Shown piece after piece: positions 10,904 through 22,981 of a DNA stretch of 64,000 nucleotides. Source of the DNA: Lama guanicoe (Eukaryota); contig MU053513.1 of NCBI GenBank assembly GCA_013239625.1, positions 1,972,927 to 2,036,926 on the forward strand. The letters are read 5' to 3'. How positions within the stretch are numbered: the first letter of the stretch is position 1; every line of letters starts with the position of its first letter. Made by a program: the position numbers and the translations under genes. The notes beneath the pieces are model-generated. The model was given only the letters and a program-made list of their open reading frames with translations, was not told the DNA's origin and did no database searches.

Positions 10904-12444
10904 CCTCCCGCCTACTCTCCAAACTTCCCCTTCAGTTCTCCAGAGGTTACCTGGACATTTCCCGAATCTCATCTAATTTCCACATGGAGACTATTTTAAG
11001 AGAACAAAAAGTGCCTTTTATATTTTCATCTGTAACTGTGTAACTCAAAGGAAATGGGGAAGAACCAACTTCCTAAGTGCTTTCCATTCTGCAGGAACTA
11101 TTCTCAGTGCTCACAACTTCAGCAAATTTGAACCAGCTCACAAGGTGCTAGTGTTTAGTCCTCAGTGAACAGACAAAAATCTTGTGCAGTTAGCACCCTG
11201 TTTCATGTGAAGAGGACTTCCTCAGCAATTGTGCAAACTTGAAAACAAGGTGTCCATGCACAGACAGTAAGTTTTCGCTCCATAATCAATGCTGATAATG
11301 TTAATTTACAGGAACCCTCTTTCCCCATGAAGAGTAAAAGTAAGATCCAGGATGGTCTCCTCCCAAAAGGATCTCCAGTTCTGAATCAGCAGAGTCAGAA
11401 TGCAGAGCCTTTAATGCATTTAATTTAATAGAACACCAGGTAAGCAGATTTGCTTCTGACTTGGACAACTTACCCAATTTAGTCTGAGATCTGATATAAA
11501 ATCCTGCAGTAAGTGATATCCTGATCAATATACAAAAGATTTTTAAATAAAAAACTGAAGTCAAGCAAACAGGAAATATGATTAAATTTCTGAGTTATCA
11601 CTTGAGTTTTTGAAGGAGAAGTAGAGCAGTCAGAGGTAACATTCCCGCCTGGCCGTCAGCGGAACACATCGCTAAATTAGGAAAGTGGTCCCACCGCCTT
11701 GGGAGCTGCGTGTTTTGTCTATGCTTTCTTTTTAGTTTTATTAAATTGTAAACCATAAAGCAGTTGGCTAGTTCAAACACTGCCCAGATAGAGTGTTCCT
11801 CCTGAATTTTCCCACACCGTTAAAAACATTTTTGAGTTTGTTTTTCATGTGTTGGCGCCACAGAGCTTCTGGGACAAACCCAAGCTGCCGCTGAGTGGTG
11901 TGTGATGATGGTGTGGGCCACCTTCTTCCTCTTCTAATCCTGTCCTCTGGGAAACCAGATGGAGCCCCACACCACAGGGATCCTTTGCGGCCGGAGGAGA
12001 GCGCGATGCTTAGACACAGCCAAGCCCTTCATGTGCAGCCCCTGAGCACCGTCTGCAACAATCATATAAGATGCGCTTGGATTCCAAAGTCAGGGTCATG
12101 AAACAGGCTGCCCCTGGGGAGACGGCCATTTTACCGGTCCGGTCAGGCCACATATTCCTCCTCACTCTCAAGGTCTTAGAAATAAGGAGGACTATGTATA
12201 CCTTTGCTTTAATGAGCTTGAAGGACAAGCATCAGCAAAAATACAAGGATGATTTATAATACACACATTAATGGCTGCCTTATATAGAGGACTTCCCAAA
12301 ATACCAACAGTTTGTCCATTTAAAATGTTACACGGTACCCTTTCCTTCTTTCTCCTCCTCCCAATTCTGTCTGAAGTTTAAATTTGACTAACAGATCTTT
12401 TCATAGACATGCGAAAAAAAACCATCCTTCCTGAAAGCGATCTT

Positions 12445-12535
12445 TTGGCTGCTCTGCCTTCTGCGAAGGACCACATTCTGTCTGTGGACTGTGTGTTCCT
12501 CTAAATAAACTTGCTTTCACTTAAAAAAAAGAAAA
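12445..12535 (+). mobile_element. ERV LTR 3' fragment with poly(A) tail
   Basis: ggaccacattctgtctgtggactgtgtgttcctctaAATAAActtgctttcactt followed directly by an A-tail. Resembles artiodactyl ERV1 LTR sequence (from memory). Confidence 0.55.
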
Positions 12536-12634
12536 GACCTTTCTAAAACAGATCTGATCGGTCATTTCTCTACTTGAAATTGCTCAGCAGTTCTCTTCAT
12601 TACTTGCAGTATTTAGTTCAAACTTTTCTGGAAT

Positions 12635-13157
12635 AGTCTAGAACTACCCAAGATACAGGAGCCCCCAGCCACAAGTGGTCTCTGAACATGTGAAATGTGG
12701 CTAGCACAGCTGAGGAACTGGGTTTTTAATACTGTGTAATTAAAATTAGTCTAACTTTTAAAACTAATATTGACTCAGTTGTTGGAAAATCAAAAAATGT
12801 ATTTGAACAACTTGGAGATGTGAAATCAACCTTTTTAGCTATAAATTTTATGAAATACAAATACAATTCTAGGACTTCTGGTGAAAATTTAACATCTAAA
12901 TTGAGATATGCTTAAGTACCAGATTTTGAAGGCATAGATTAGAAAAAAAGAATGTAAAGCTATCTCGTTAATAATTTTTTATATTGATTACATAAAATGA
13001 TAATACTTAGGCTATATTAGATTAAATAAAATATATTGTTAAATGAATTTCACTCGTTTCTTTTTACATTTTTTTTTTGGTTAATGCAAATACTAGGATA
13101 TTTTTAAATTACCTACATGGCCCAGATTATGTTTCTGTTGGACGGTGCTGGTCTAGA
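12635..13157. mobile_element. hAT-Charlie non-autonomous element (Charlie5/MER33/MER3-like)
   Basis: agccacaagtgg...gaaatgtggctag at one end, tttctgttggacggtgctg at the other, flanked by gtctaga on both sides. Confidence 0.7.
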
Positions 13158-13269
13158 AAATTAATTGCATGAGGGAAGAATAAAATCTCCCCAGGAATAA
13201 AGACTCCACCTTGCTTTTCAGTCTAGTCTACCATGACTGTTTTATTTGTATGTTTTTAGTTTTTCTCCT

Positions 13270-13515
13270 CTTTTTTTTTTTTTAATTAAAGTATAGTCAG
13301 TTACAATGTGTCAATTTCTGGTGTAGAGCTAAATGTTTCAGTTATACATATACATACATATTTCATTTTCATATTCTTCTTCACTATAGGTTACTACAAG
13401 ATATTGAATATAGTTCCCCATGCTGTATGGAAGAAATTTGCTGTTTATCTATTTTATAGATAGTAGTTAGTATCTGCAAATCTCGAACTCCCCATTTATC
13501 CCTTCATGCCCCCGC
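13270..13515 (-). mobile_element. Artiodactyl/camelid L1 3' end
   Basis: T-tract followed by aagtatagtcagttacaatgtgtcaatttctggtgta...gatattgaatatagttccc. Confidence 0.8.
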
Positions 13516-14619
13516 TTTAACTCACCTGTTTGCACTATGTCCTGTGCTAGCACTCCTGGGGTCTTTCTTGTGTCAGAGCCTTGGTGCCCTCCTCTCTGTC
13601 TGGCATGAACTTCTGCTCATCCTTTAGGACCCAGCTCAAAGGTCTTCTTCTCTCTGAAGCCTTTATGTACCTCTCCAGCCCCAAGCTCTGTGCTCCCCAA
13701 GACCTAGAACATTCTGTGAATCCTATTACTATATTAAGAACCTTGCTGTGGGTGCAGAGTTTCATGTGTCTCTTTTCCCCTTTGAATTCCCAGCATTAAG
13801 CACCCAGCACATGGACATTGGAGACACCCCATAAATGTTGGCAGAATATGTCAAGGACCTTAGATGGAACAGCGCCACTTCTCTGCTGGTAGAATCCTTG
13901 GCCGTGGCTCCTGGAGAAGTTCTGAGTTAAAGCGGAGCCCAGTGAAGGGACTGCCCTGAGGCAGTGGGGAGGCAAAGGTAAGCCCCGCCCTGAGATGAAA
14001 GCCCCCACCAAGGAAGACAATCAAGAACGTGTACAGACGAGAACAAAGGTCTGGCGTTCTCTCCTGCCTGCTGTTCTGGGAGGACTCAACCACGCAGGGA
14101 GCACAACTCTTTTCAACAGGACCACAGGGGTGCAAAGAACACTGCACGGAATCAAAAGCTCTCTGTGGGAATCTAGTGAAGTCCTGACTATGGAAGTGCG
14201 GGGTGGAGGGGAGACTTTCAAGCAGAGTCGTGACAAACGAGTCTCTTCAGTCTTTTGGAGACAGATGGAAGGTTATGCCTTGTCTGTCAAGTGAGAGGAC
14301 ACACCCTCAGGGCCCCCAGGTCACGCTCTCCTTCATGCATCTTTCTTTCTGCTGGGCCAGGGGGTGGGAGGGAGGGTCGTCTCCAGATCCAGGTTGCTAG
14401 GAGCACTCAACCGGTGAGGGGGGTGGTGGTTCCAGATTGAATTCGGGGAAGCTTCAGACTCAGAACTAAGAAGTAAACTCAGCTGAGATGGGGCACTGAT
14501 CAAAGAGGGCAAGCATCCAGGAACTAGGAAATCCCAAAGCTTTTCTAGATTTCAAAGAACTCTTCTCAGGGCAATATGGAAGCAAAGAAAAGTGGAAATG
14601 AATGGGGGAAAAAAACCCT

Positions 14620-15558
14620 CTGCTTAGGACCTGAATAGACATTTCTCCAAAGACATACAGATGGCCTACAGACACATGAAAAGATGCTCAATGTCAATAA
14701 TCAGGGAAATGTAAATCAAAACCACAATGACATGTCACCTCACACCTGTCAGAGTGGCTATCATCAAAAAGACAAAAAAGAGTAAGTGTTGGTGAGGATG
14801 TGGAGCAAAGGGAACCCTTATGCACTGTTGGTGGGAATGTAAATTGGTGTAGCCACTATGGCGAACAGTATAGAGGTTTCTCAAAAAACTAAAAATAAAA
14901 CTATTGTGTGATCCAGCAATCCTACTTCTGGGTATTTACTCGAAGAAAACAAAAACACTGATTTGAAAACATATACACCATCATTCACAACACCCAAGAT
15001 ATGGAAGCAACCTAAGTGTCCTTTAACAGATGAATGGATAGAGAAGATACGACTTACATACACAATGGAATATTACCCAGCCATAAAAAAGAATGAAAAT
15101 TTGCCATCTTGCAACAACATAGATGGACTTAGAGGGTATTATGCTAAGTGAAATAAGTCAGAGAAAGACAAATGCTACATGATCTCATGTATATGTAGAA
15201 TCTAAAACACAAAAGAAACAGGCAAAACAAAATGAAAACAGACTCAGACAAAGAGAACAAGTGGGTGGTTGCCAGAGGAGAGGAGGAGGGTGGCTGGGCC
15301 AAATTGGTGAAGGGAATTAAGAGGTACATGCTTCCAGTTACAAAATAAATAAGTCTTGGGGGGGAAAAAGTCATGGGGATGTGATATACAGCCTAAGAAA
15401 TACAGTCAACAATACTGTCATCACTTGGTAAGGGGACAGATGGTTACTAGATTTGCTGCGGTGATCATTTTGTAATATATTTGAATTTCGAATCACTATG
15501 TTGTGCACCTGAATTTAACATTATATTGTAGGTCAACTGCACTTTAATTAAAAAAAAA
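14620..15558 (+). mobile_element. L1 ORF2 C-terminus and 3' UTR fragment
   Basis: gacatttctccaaagacatacagatggcc...; ORF 14963-15151 contains KIWKQPKCPLTDEWI...TMEYY; ends in an A-tail. Confidence 0.9.
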
Positions 15559-16289
15559 GCTTAATATAGCGCAGCAACCTCATACAAGAAATGAAAGTCT
15601 AAATAAGTGTGTTTGTTCACTGCATAGTTATTTGTAGTCACTCAGCTAAATCAGAAACAAACTGGTTGAATAAATTAGAGAATATCCGTATTATGGAGTT
15701 TCAGGTAACTTAAAAGAAAACATGTTTGCAATATGCGTTGGCTTTCAGATGTTTCAGAGAACTGTGTGCAGGATGGTAGTAGTATTTCTCATGATATCAG
15801 AACTCTCCACCATAGAGGGTGTGTGTTTATACAGAGCAGATAGACTGATGTCAAAAAGAAGAGAGGGGAGGGTGAATTTACTTCTTGTTGGTAGATACAA
15901 CAAGTAAAGAAGTAAGTAACACAGAGTGACAAACACAAAGATGGAGCGAGGCACAGGGCTTGTAAGAGCACGCGGGAGGAACGATGAGTGTCTGCTGATG
16001 TTAGCTTAAACAGATGCAGGATGCGAGAACTCGCGCGGTTGCTAGAGATAAGAGCAGAGAGTCATGAAATGAGAGCAGGATTAGCCTGGAACAGCAACAG
16101 CATGAGATGAAAAGAATGAGCTCAAGTAAAAGACAAATACCCATGAGACTTGGAAGCAATCTTGTAGCTGAAAGCAGGAACCACAGCCTGGAAAACTGAG
16201 CTGGATGATGTGGAAGACAAATCTGGGATTTTTTTTTTTTTTCCTAGAAAGCAGACAGCAAAAATGGAAACAACGGAGTGGCTTATAGA

Positions 16290-16505
16290 GACAGTGTTCT
16301 CCAGGACAGAAGTCACTTGTTGCTACTGAGCACTTGAAACGTGGCTCCTCTGAATTCAGATGTGTTGTGTAGATGAAGTACACACCAGATTTCAAAGCCC
16401 CGATAAAATCAGAGTCTTGTTTCTTTTTACTTGTTAAAGTGTGGCTACTGGAAAATGTAAAATTACATACGTGGCTCACATTAAATTTCTACTGAATGGC
16501 ACTGG
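16290..16505. mobile_element. MER3-like hAT MITE
   Basis: gctactgagcacttgaaacgtggc...gtggctcacattaaatttctactg. Confidence 0.65.
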
Positions 16506-16956
16506 TATAGAAGGGAGAACAGAAACCCAAGAATTGTGCATTCTTGAGAAAAACAAGGCATAGTGGGACATAAAAAATAAAGAGAATGTTTCTTAAGTTT
16601 AAAAAAGTTGTCTATGCCACTGAAAATCAGGGAAGAGCAGACCCATTTCCAGACACAAGTTTTAAATTATGTGGGAAAACATTTAAAAAATTTTTCTTCA
16701 AAAACAGCAGCTGAGAAAACTTTACTTTCAATTTTTTTGCCTTTCCTCCACAACACGAAATGCCCCAAAACAGTGGAGCAATGTTTACTGACTGGATAGA
16801 GAAGTATTATGACCTAAATTTTACATCCAGAGAAACTGTCATTTGTGTAGAGAGCCATCACAGTGACATTCTCAGATATTCACAGAGAGACTGAACTAAA
16901 AGTTAGTTTAAGGGTTACTTTAGCCAACAGAAAGAAGAATCAAAATGAGAGGTTCA

Positions 16957-17090
16957 GGGAGGGAGGGTCTAGCTCAGTGGCAGAGCACGTGCTTAGCCGG
17001 CACGAGGTCCTGGGTTCCATCGCCAGTACCTCCATTTAATAAATAAATAAACCTAATTACCCTTCCCCCAACCACAAGGTAATGATAAGA
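16957..17090 (+). mobile_element. Vic-1-type camelid tRNA-Ala-derived SINE
   Basis: gggagggtctagctcagtggcagagcacgtgcttagc...gaggtcctgggttccatcgccagtacctcca (A and B boxes), A-rich tail, imperfect TSD aaatgagaggttca/aaataagagttca. Confidence 0.85.
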
Positions 17091-19235
17091 AATAAGAGTT
17101 CAAGCACAGAGAATTCAAGATATAGAAGTAATTTTGGGCTTTCCTTTCCTTGTGTTAGATTCCTATCTTAGGAATCCGGTTGATTACAGGGTATCCACTG
17201 GATTTTGCACCAGGGGTAAAACTTGACCTGCCGGTGCCTTCTGCTTCCATGCCTTTCACGGTGGTACCAGCAACTGCGATTCTCATCCTTTGTCCCCCAG
17301 TTCAGAGGAAGCCTCCTGCCAGGTTGGACGAGCACCCAGAACAGTGACAGGTTCTGCTGTGTTTCAGGACTCGCTACAAATCGCAAGACTGTTTGTGAAG
17401 TTGGGGCACCGCGGCAGCAGAACTGCAGACGATTAACCTGTTTTCCGCTTTACAGGAGCCGAGGTGCCAAGGAAGTGGAGTTTCTGCGTCTGTTAAATGC
17501 ATGTTTAATGAGTCACTGGCCTCTCTTTATTTTTTAAATTGATGAACACTCATAAATAACGCAGGGACCGGTATCATCTGTTATCAGGACCGTTTCCTCT
17601 ATGGCCTGTGGTGTTTCTGGGCTCTTTATGCCATGAGCAAAACACACATTAAAAAATGAAGAAAAACAGATGTAAGAAAATACATCAAAACGGTCATTGG
17701 TGGTTATCTTTGGCTGGAAGAATTCTGAGGATTTTCACTTTATACTCTCACACTTTCTTTTTTAAGAAGTGGCTGTTACTTTCATCCTTAACAAAAGGAG
17801 AGGTTTTAAACAGCAGTTTATGCAATTCTGTGTATGCCACGTGGGGAAGTTATTTCTGGGGCTTGTCCCAGGTTCACAGGCGCTTGTTCCCCACCCAGGC
17901 TCCAGGGAGGAGTCCTGGGCCACCCGGCAACCACGTTTATTATCACTCAAGTCTTCATCCAAATGCTACTTCCGCAGAGACCTTCCAAAACCCACCTAAA
18001 ACACCCACCCTCAACAACTCAGTGTTTTGTTTCATTCATAGAGCTCATCCTGTTAGCAGTTATGTCATTGTCTTGCCTACAGCTCTTCTCTTTCCAGTGA
18101 GGGACTTTGTCTTGTTTCCTGCTGTGTCTCCAGCACCGAGAATCTGACCTGAGGTTTGCACTCAATAAAACAGCCACAGAACAAACAGAAAAGCCTCACG
18201 GGACCCCGCCTGCCTGGCCACAGCTAAAGGGACCAGAGCCCTGAGCAAAGCAAGGCCAATCGGAACACTTCTCTCTGGAATTTGAAACTGTTGTGGTAAC
18301 GTGAACGTGAAAGCTGCAGGGTGGTCACGTTCCAGCTTCTGGGCCAGAGCAAGAAAAATCAGCATGAGGGAGAGAAGAGGGGAAGACAGGTGCGAGGTGC
18401 AGTGGGGAGCCTGGGCCCACAGGCTTGCTGGACCTGCTGTGCTCAGCCTTGGTCCCCACGACCTTCTCATCAAGTTCCGTGTTTCAGGTCAGGCCAGCTG
18501 GAGTTGGTGCCTGTCACCTACAACCTCAGGAATACACCTGTGGTCACAGTCATCCTTTAAAAACTCAAAGCAGAAAGATTTGGAGAAAATACTCCAGAAT
18601 GGTTGCCTCCGAGTGGTGGGACCACCTAGTTTTCTATATTTTCTAAAATGACTATTTGTTACTCTTATGATTACAAAAATACACACACACACACACACAC
18701 ATATTTTTAATTTTTTCCTGGAGAAGCATAGAGTGACGGACCTGGAGGACTGCAGGCGACGCCACTCTGTTCATCCATTTCATCCAGCTGCGAGGCTGAG
18801 CAGTGAGGTGACTCACCGAGTCCCTCAGGCTCACTTACAGGCTGTGCCTCACGCTTTCTTACACCTAGGCCAGGATTCCCCCAACCAGGGAGTCTCTGGA
18901 CAGTTACTATGTTCTCACCTCAAAACGCTGCATTGCAGTTATGTTTTCAATAATAAATTCTCTCACTCAAGGTGAAACAAGCTTTCTTCTGGATTACCTC
19001 TAGTGAGTTGGGCGAGACTGTCTGTGCTGCTGAGCTGAGGAAGTTTCTGGGGCAGCGTCCTGACTAACAGGGCTCCCGAGTGCATGCGGAGGGAGTGAGG
19101 AGGACAAAAGTTCTGTCAGTTCTTTCTTAGATGCAGAGCAAAGCTGGCTTCATGAGGGGAGAAAACGGAAGGTCAGGAGACCCATTTGGATCATACACGC
19201 TACTACCCCTTGGTTTATGTTACAAGAAGTTCTAA

Positions 19236-20071
19236 TTTAAAAAAAAAAATTGAAGAATAGTTGATTTACAATCTTGTGTTGTGAAGGAAAAGCCGGGCTG
19301 GTCTAACAAGATAATTCACAAGTCTAGGAATGTGAAGGAGAGGTTGGGCTGATCTAACAAGATAACTCACAAATCTAAGTACTGGCATACTGATCTGAGT
19401 TCTGCTAGACTAACTTGTAAATCTAGGTTAATTAGTGTTGGTTTGCTGTTCATGTTTTTTTGCTAGCCAGCTGGATTTTCAAAGATATATATCTGGCTTT
19501 GGAATGTTGGTTCCTCCCCGCCTCCATTTTTGTGATAAAGATGCTGCTAAAGCCGTTCCATGCCTATTGGCCGAATACCCCAAGCTTGTACTTTACCCTA
19601 CAAAACCTCATGCGCACGTCGTGGAGGTGCTCAGAGCTTCGGAGCAGAAGCCCCTCTGAGCCCGCCGGCGTAATACATCTGAGCACTCCAACCCTCCGAA
19701 TGGCGCTTGCTTCTTGGCTGGCCTGTCGTTTCCGTAACTGTGTTAGTTTCAGGTGTACAGCAAAGTGATTCAGTTATATATATACATACATATATTCTTT
19801 TTCGGATTCTTTTCCATTACAGGTTATTATAAGATACTGAATATAGTTTCCTGTGCTACGGGGTAGGTCCTTGTGATTTCCCTGTTTTATAGTAGTTTGC
19901 ATATGCTGATCCCAAACTCCTAGTCTACCCTTCCCCGCTCCTTCCTCTTTGGCAACTGTGACTTTGCTTTCTATGTCTGTGAGTCTACTACTGGTTTAAC
20001 TTCATTTGTATCTTGCTTTTTCTTTTTTAAGATTCCACATGTAAGTGATAACATATGAGATCTGTCTTTCT
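19236..20071 (-). mobile_element. L1 3' end with 13-bp TSD, interrupted by a solo LTR
   Basis: caagaagttctaa at 19223-19235 and 20072-20084. L1 3' UTR sequence continues on both sides of the LTR. Confidence 0.85.
19280..19739 (+). mobile_element. Solo ERV LTR (ERV1-like), ~460 bp
   Basis: Starts TGTGAAGG, ends CCGTAACT (expected CA is CT). 4-bp TSD gtgt (19276-19279/19740-19743), poly(A)-signal variant aataca near 19672, retained CpGs. Confidence 0.8.
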
Positions 20072-22789
20072 CAAGAAGTTCTAACTCATTGCACAGTGAT
20101 GGTATAACAGATATATAAGCGACAAAGCAGTGGCTACATAAATCCTGGTTTGCCTGTTTATTACTTTTGTTTGAAATTTCACTGCTCTTTTCTGGCTAGT
20201 TGGTGGCCAAAAGCGTGACTGCCATTAGGCAGGAAGGGTGTCAGCTATGGTTTCAGCATAAGCATAGCTGGGCGACATGAAGGCCAAAGGGAGGAGCTTG
20301 TGGAGGGCGGTCTATTTCTGGGCTGGACCACAGCGAGGCCTATTACTAAAAAAAAAAAACAAAACCTCGCTGAGCTACTGCTTTGTCTGACTTGCATCTT
20401 GAAGGGCATTCACCACTCCACCTAGTTTAAGAAAACTCCTGAAATGACTCAGGAGCACCCCCTGGAGAGCTGAGCAGCCCTGCCTTGGGCTCAATAACCA
20501 GCGAGAGAGGAAGGGGTCCTAACACTCCAAAGGGCATCACAGGAACAAGACACAAGCCGCCACTTCAAATCAGGGGGTGATTAAGCTGGTGCGAGGAGCC
20601 CAGACAGGAGCCCAGAGGCCAGAGAACACACAGGGACTGAGGCGCTCTGGTTCTCCACTGCCGGCCAGCTCCCCAGCTTCTCCTCCTGGCCCCTCTGTAG
20701 CCCGAGCTGCTGGCAAGTCCCACTGGGTAACTGCAAACCACCCGCACCTCCCTGGGCCCCAGGCCAGCGCTCAGCCTGCGCTGTCTCTGCACCAGGTAGG
20801 GGAGAAAGCCTGTTTGTTCATTCTCTGCAGACAGGTGGGTAGAGGACAGCCCCGGGAGGGGCCCACAGGCCCTTGGGGAGTCCTGAGGCCTGGAGCCTAC
20901 GCCGCCCTGGAGTTGGGCTGCAGTGGTGTTAGATATTTGCAAAGTGGAACGTTAATGTTACCTCACTACGAACCCAGCTGCCGGCACCCCCAAAATGCTG
21001 GGGCAGCTGAAGAGATGAGCCAAACAGGACAGGAAACTCCCTTTCCCACTGACTCAGGTATTTCTAAGGAGGATTCCAGGAATCAGCTTTCTCTGAGAAC
21101 TAGCTTAGCCCTGTGTCTGCAGGCCACCCATTTGTGAGTGTGTAGGATTTAGGTTGGAATAAAACGGGAGCGACATAAAAGAGATTTTTCTACTTCTGAA
21201 AGTGGTTAAACTCTGAATTCCTTAGGGATTTTCTCACCCTTGCAAATCTGGAAAGTGTAAGAAATTCTCTTCTCTGGATAATTTGCCTGTGGGTTCCAGT
21301 CTACACAAAGGGTGGAAATCACCAATCCTGGAAAGGCCTTTGCTACCTGAATTCTTAAGACCCTGCTCTTATGTAATGTACTGCTTATTTGCTTGTTTTT
21401 ACAGATCTAGGTCTTTGTTTTCCGTGGCAGCCCGAGGTGACATAAAGCTCAGCAAATAAAATTCATCTTGCACACCGAGTCCTATTAAGTGGGCGGAGCT
21501 GCCTGGAGGGCTGTGCTAACAACGTCCCGAGGCCAAGTCTGGTTCCGGCAGGAAAGCGCTGTGGTGGCTTAGCGGTGTCTGCCGTGGGCATGGCTGGGGG
21601 GCTGACAGCTCTCATGTCACAGTGACATCCCTGAGTTAAATCATGGGGCACCTTTCAGATTCTACACAGGGCTAGGTTCTTAGGAGTCTGGATAATGGAC
21701 CTTTAACAGGCTTAGAAGAGAAGAATTCATTAGCAAGGGTTTTCCCCGAGGAGTCGATCACATAGCTGCCTGAGAGACAAGTCTGTTTTTGACTGACTGA
21801 TGTCTCCTTTGAACTTCCTGTGAAAAGCAGACAGTAGATACCCACTCTAATCTGCTTTGGGTCCTCAGGATTTAGTTCTTGGAGTACTTCCCAGCCTCCC
21901 AGGGGTCTCCTGGCCTCACCTTCTTGGGATCCGTTCCGCACAAGGCTGATGGAGAGCACCTTCTGAAGCCCCAGCCGTGTCTGTCCCCTCAGAGTCCCCC
22001 TCATCCTCAGGAATAAGTATTTGCTTATAGTTATGAACAATAGGTTCATCTTGATCTGCTCTCATAGGTTTGTCTCTTTCCCCTCCTAAGCCCGAGGCTT
22101 TAGCAGGCGAGAACCGCATCTCACCGTCTGCAGCCAAGCCACTAGGGCAATGGGCGGCCCGTCGGAGGTACCTGATACACATTCATGAAATGAGCGAATG
22201 AATGGGGATTGCGTAGTCTCCCCAAATTCATGAAACTAATGGCGGTGACTCAGCATGAATTATCACTCATGAGCATTTAGCGGACACCACTCGTCTCCTC
22301 AATGTTTCACCGAAGCTGCCCCCCGGCCTCATATGCTGCTTCTCCCAATAACACTAGTCATTGCAAAAAACTGAGGCAAAGCAGCCAAGCGCCAGTTACG
22401 AACCACGTAAAAATCTAGAAATGCAAAATTGTTGAATTTGACATGTAGATGAGACCTTTCGGCTCCACCTGTTCAGCTGAGGTCACAGGGCGGGACTTCT
22501 GCCCACCCATCCCCTCACCCCTTTCTTGGAAAAGGAGTTGCTTTCAGCAGCTCTAACGGCATTTGTAAAAATTGTACAACCAGCTTTTCATGGTCCACGT
22601 GATGATGGATATTTAATTTTGATTGACACAAAAGTGATGAGAGGAAGGGACTCAAGTTTTGGCCCAAATTGTGCAGCTGCACGGAGTTCTAATTCCAAGA
22701 TCCCATAACTCCAAATTCTCCATTTTATTCTCTTTTCTTAAAAAAGAAGAGGGGGGCTGGCTCATGTCAGGGGGAGTGGGGTGCCTCAC

Positions 22790-22981
22790 CTTATGCAGCT
22801 GTGTTCTCGTCTCATAGTAGGCGACCACGGGGATGGAGGCTCGGTAGTAGGTTTCAAGGCGCTTGGCGATGGTGGCGGTGCTGTCGTCGGCACGCGCACT
22901 GCCCCGGCTCTTCTGGAGAAGGCGGTTGGTCATGGTGTCTGCCGAGCAGTCCATGCAGATCACCAAGTGCGGGTCTCCAAT
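22790..22981 (-). CDS. AK5: Adenylate kinase 5 exon (domain 2 LID region)
   Basis: cag|ATT GGA...CAT AAG|gtgagg; 192 nt, phase 0-0; IGDPHLVICMDCSADTMTNRLLQKSRGSARADDSTATIAKRLETYYRASIPVVAYYETRTQLHK. Confidence 0.97.

Noticed and set aside
16957..17035. tRNA-Ala-like gene (also at 34636-34710, 46574-46648 and 50591-50660)
   Set aside because: A-rich tails, TSDs on two copies and broken stems identify these as SINE heads, not functional tRNAs.
19280..19381. CRISPR-like or other spaced repeat array
   Set aside because: Only two abutting 51-bp copies with no spacers, inside an LTR in a mammalian genome.
20577..21137. 186-aa + strand ORF, with an overlapping 125-aa minus ORF
   Set aside because: Non-ATG start, GC-rich low-complexity composition, no domain or splice support.
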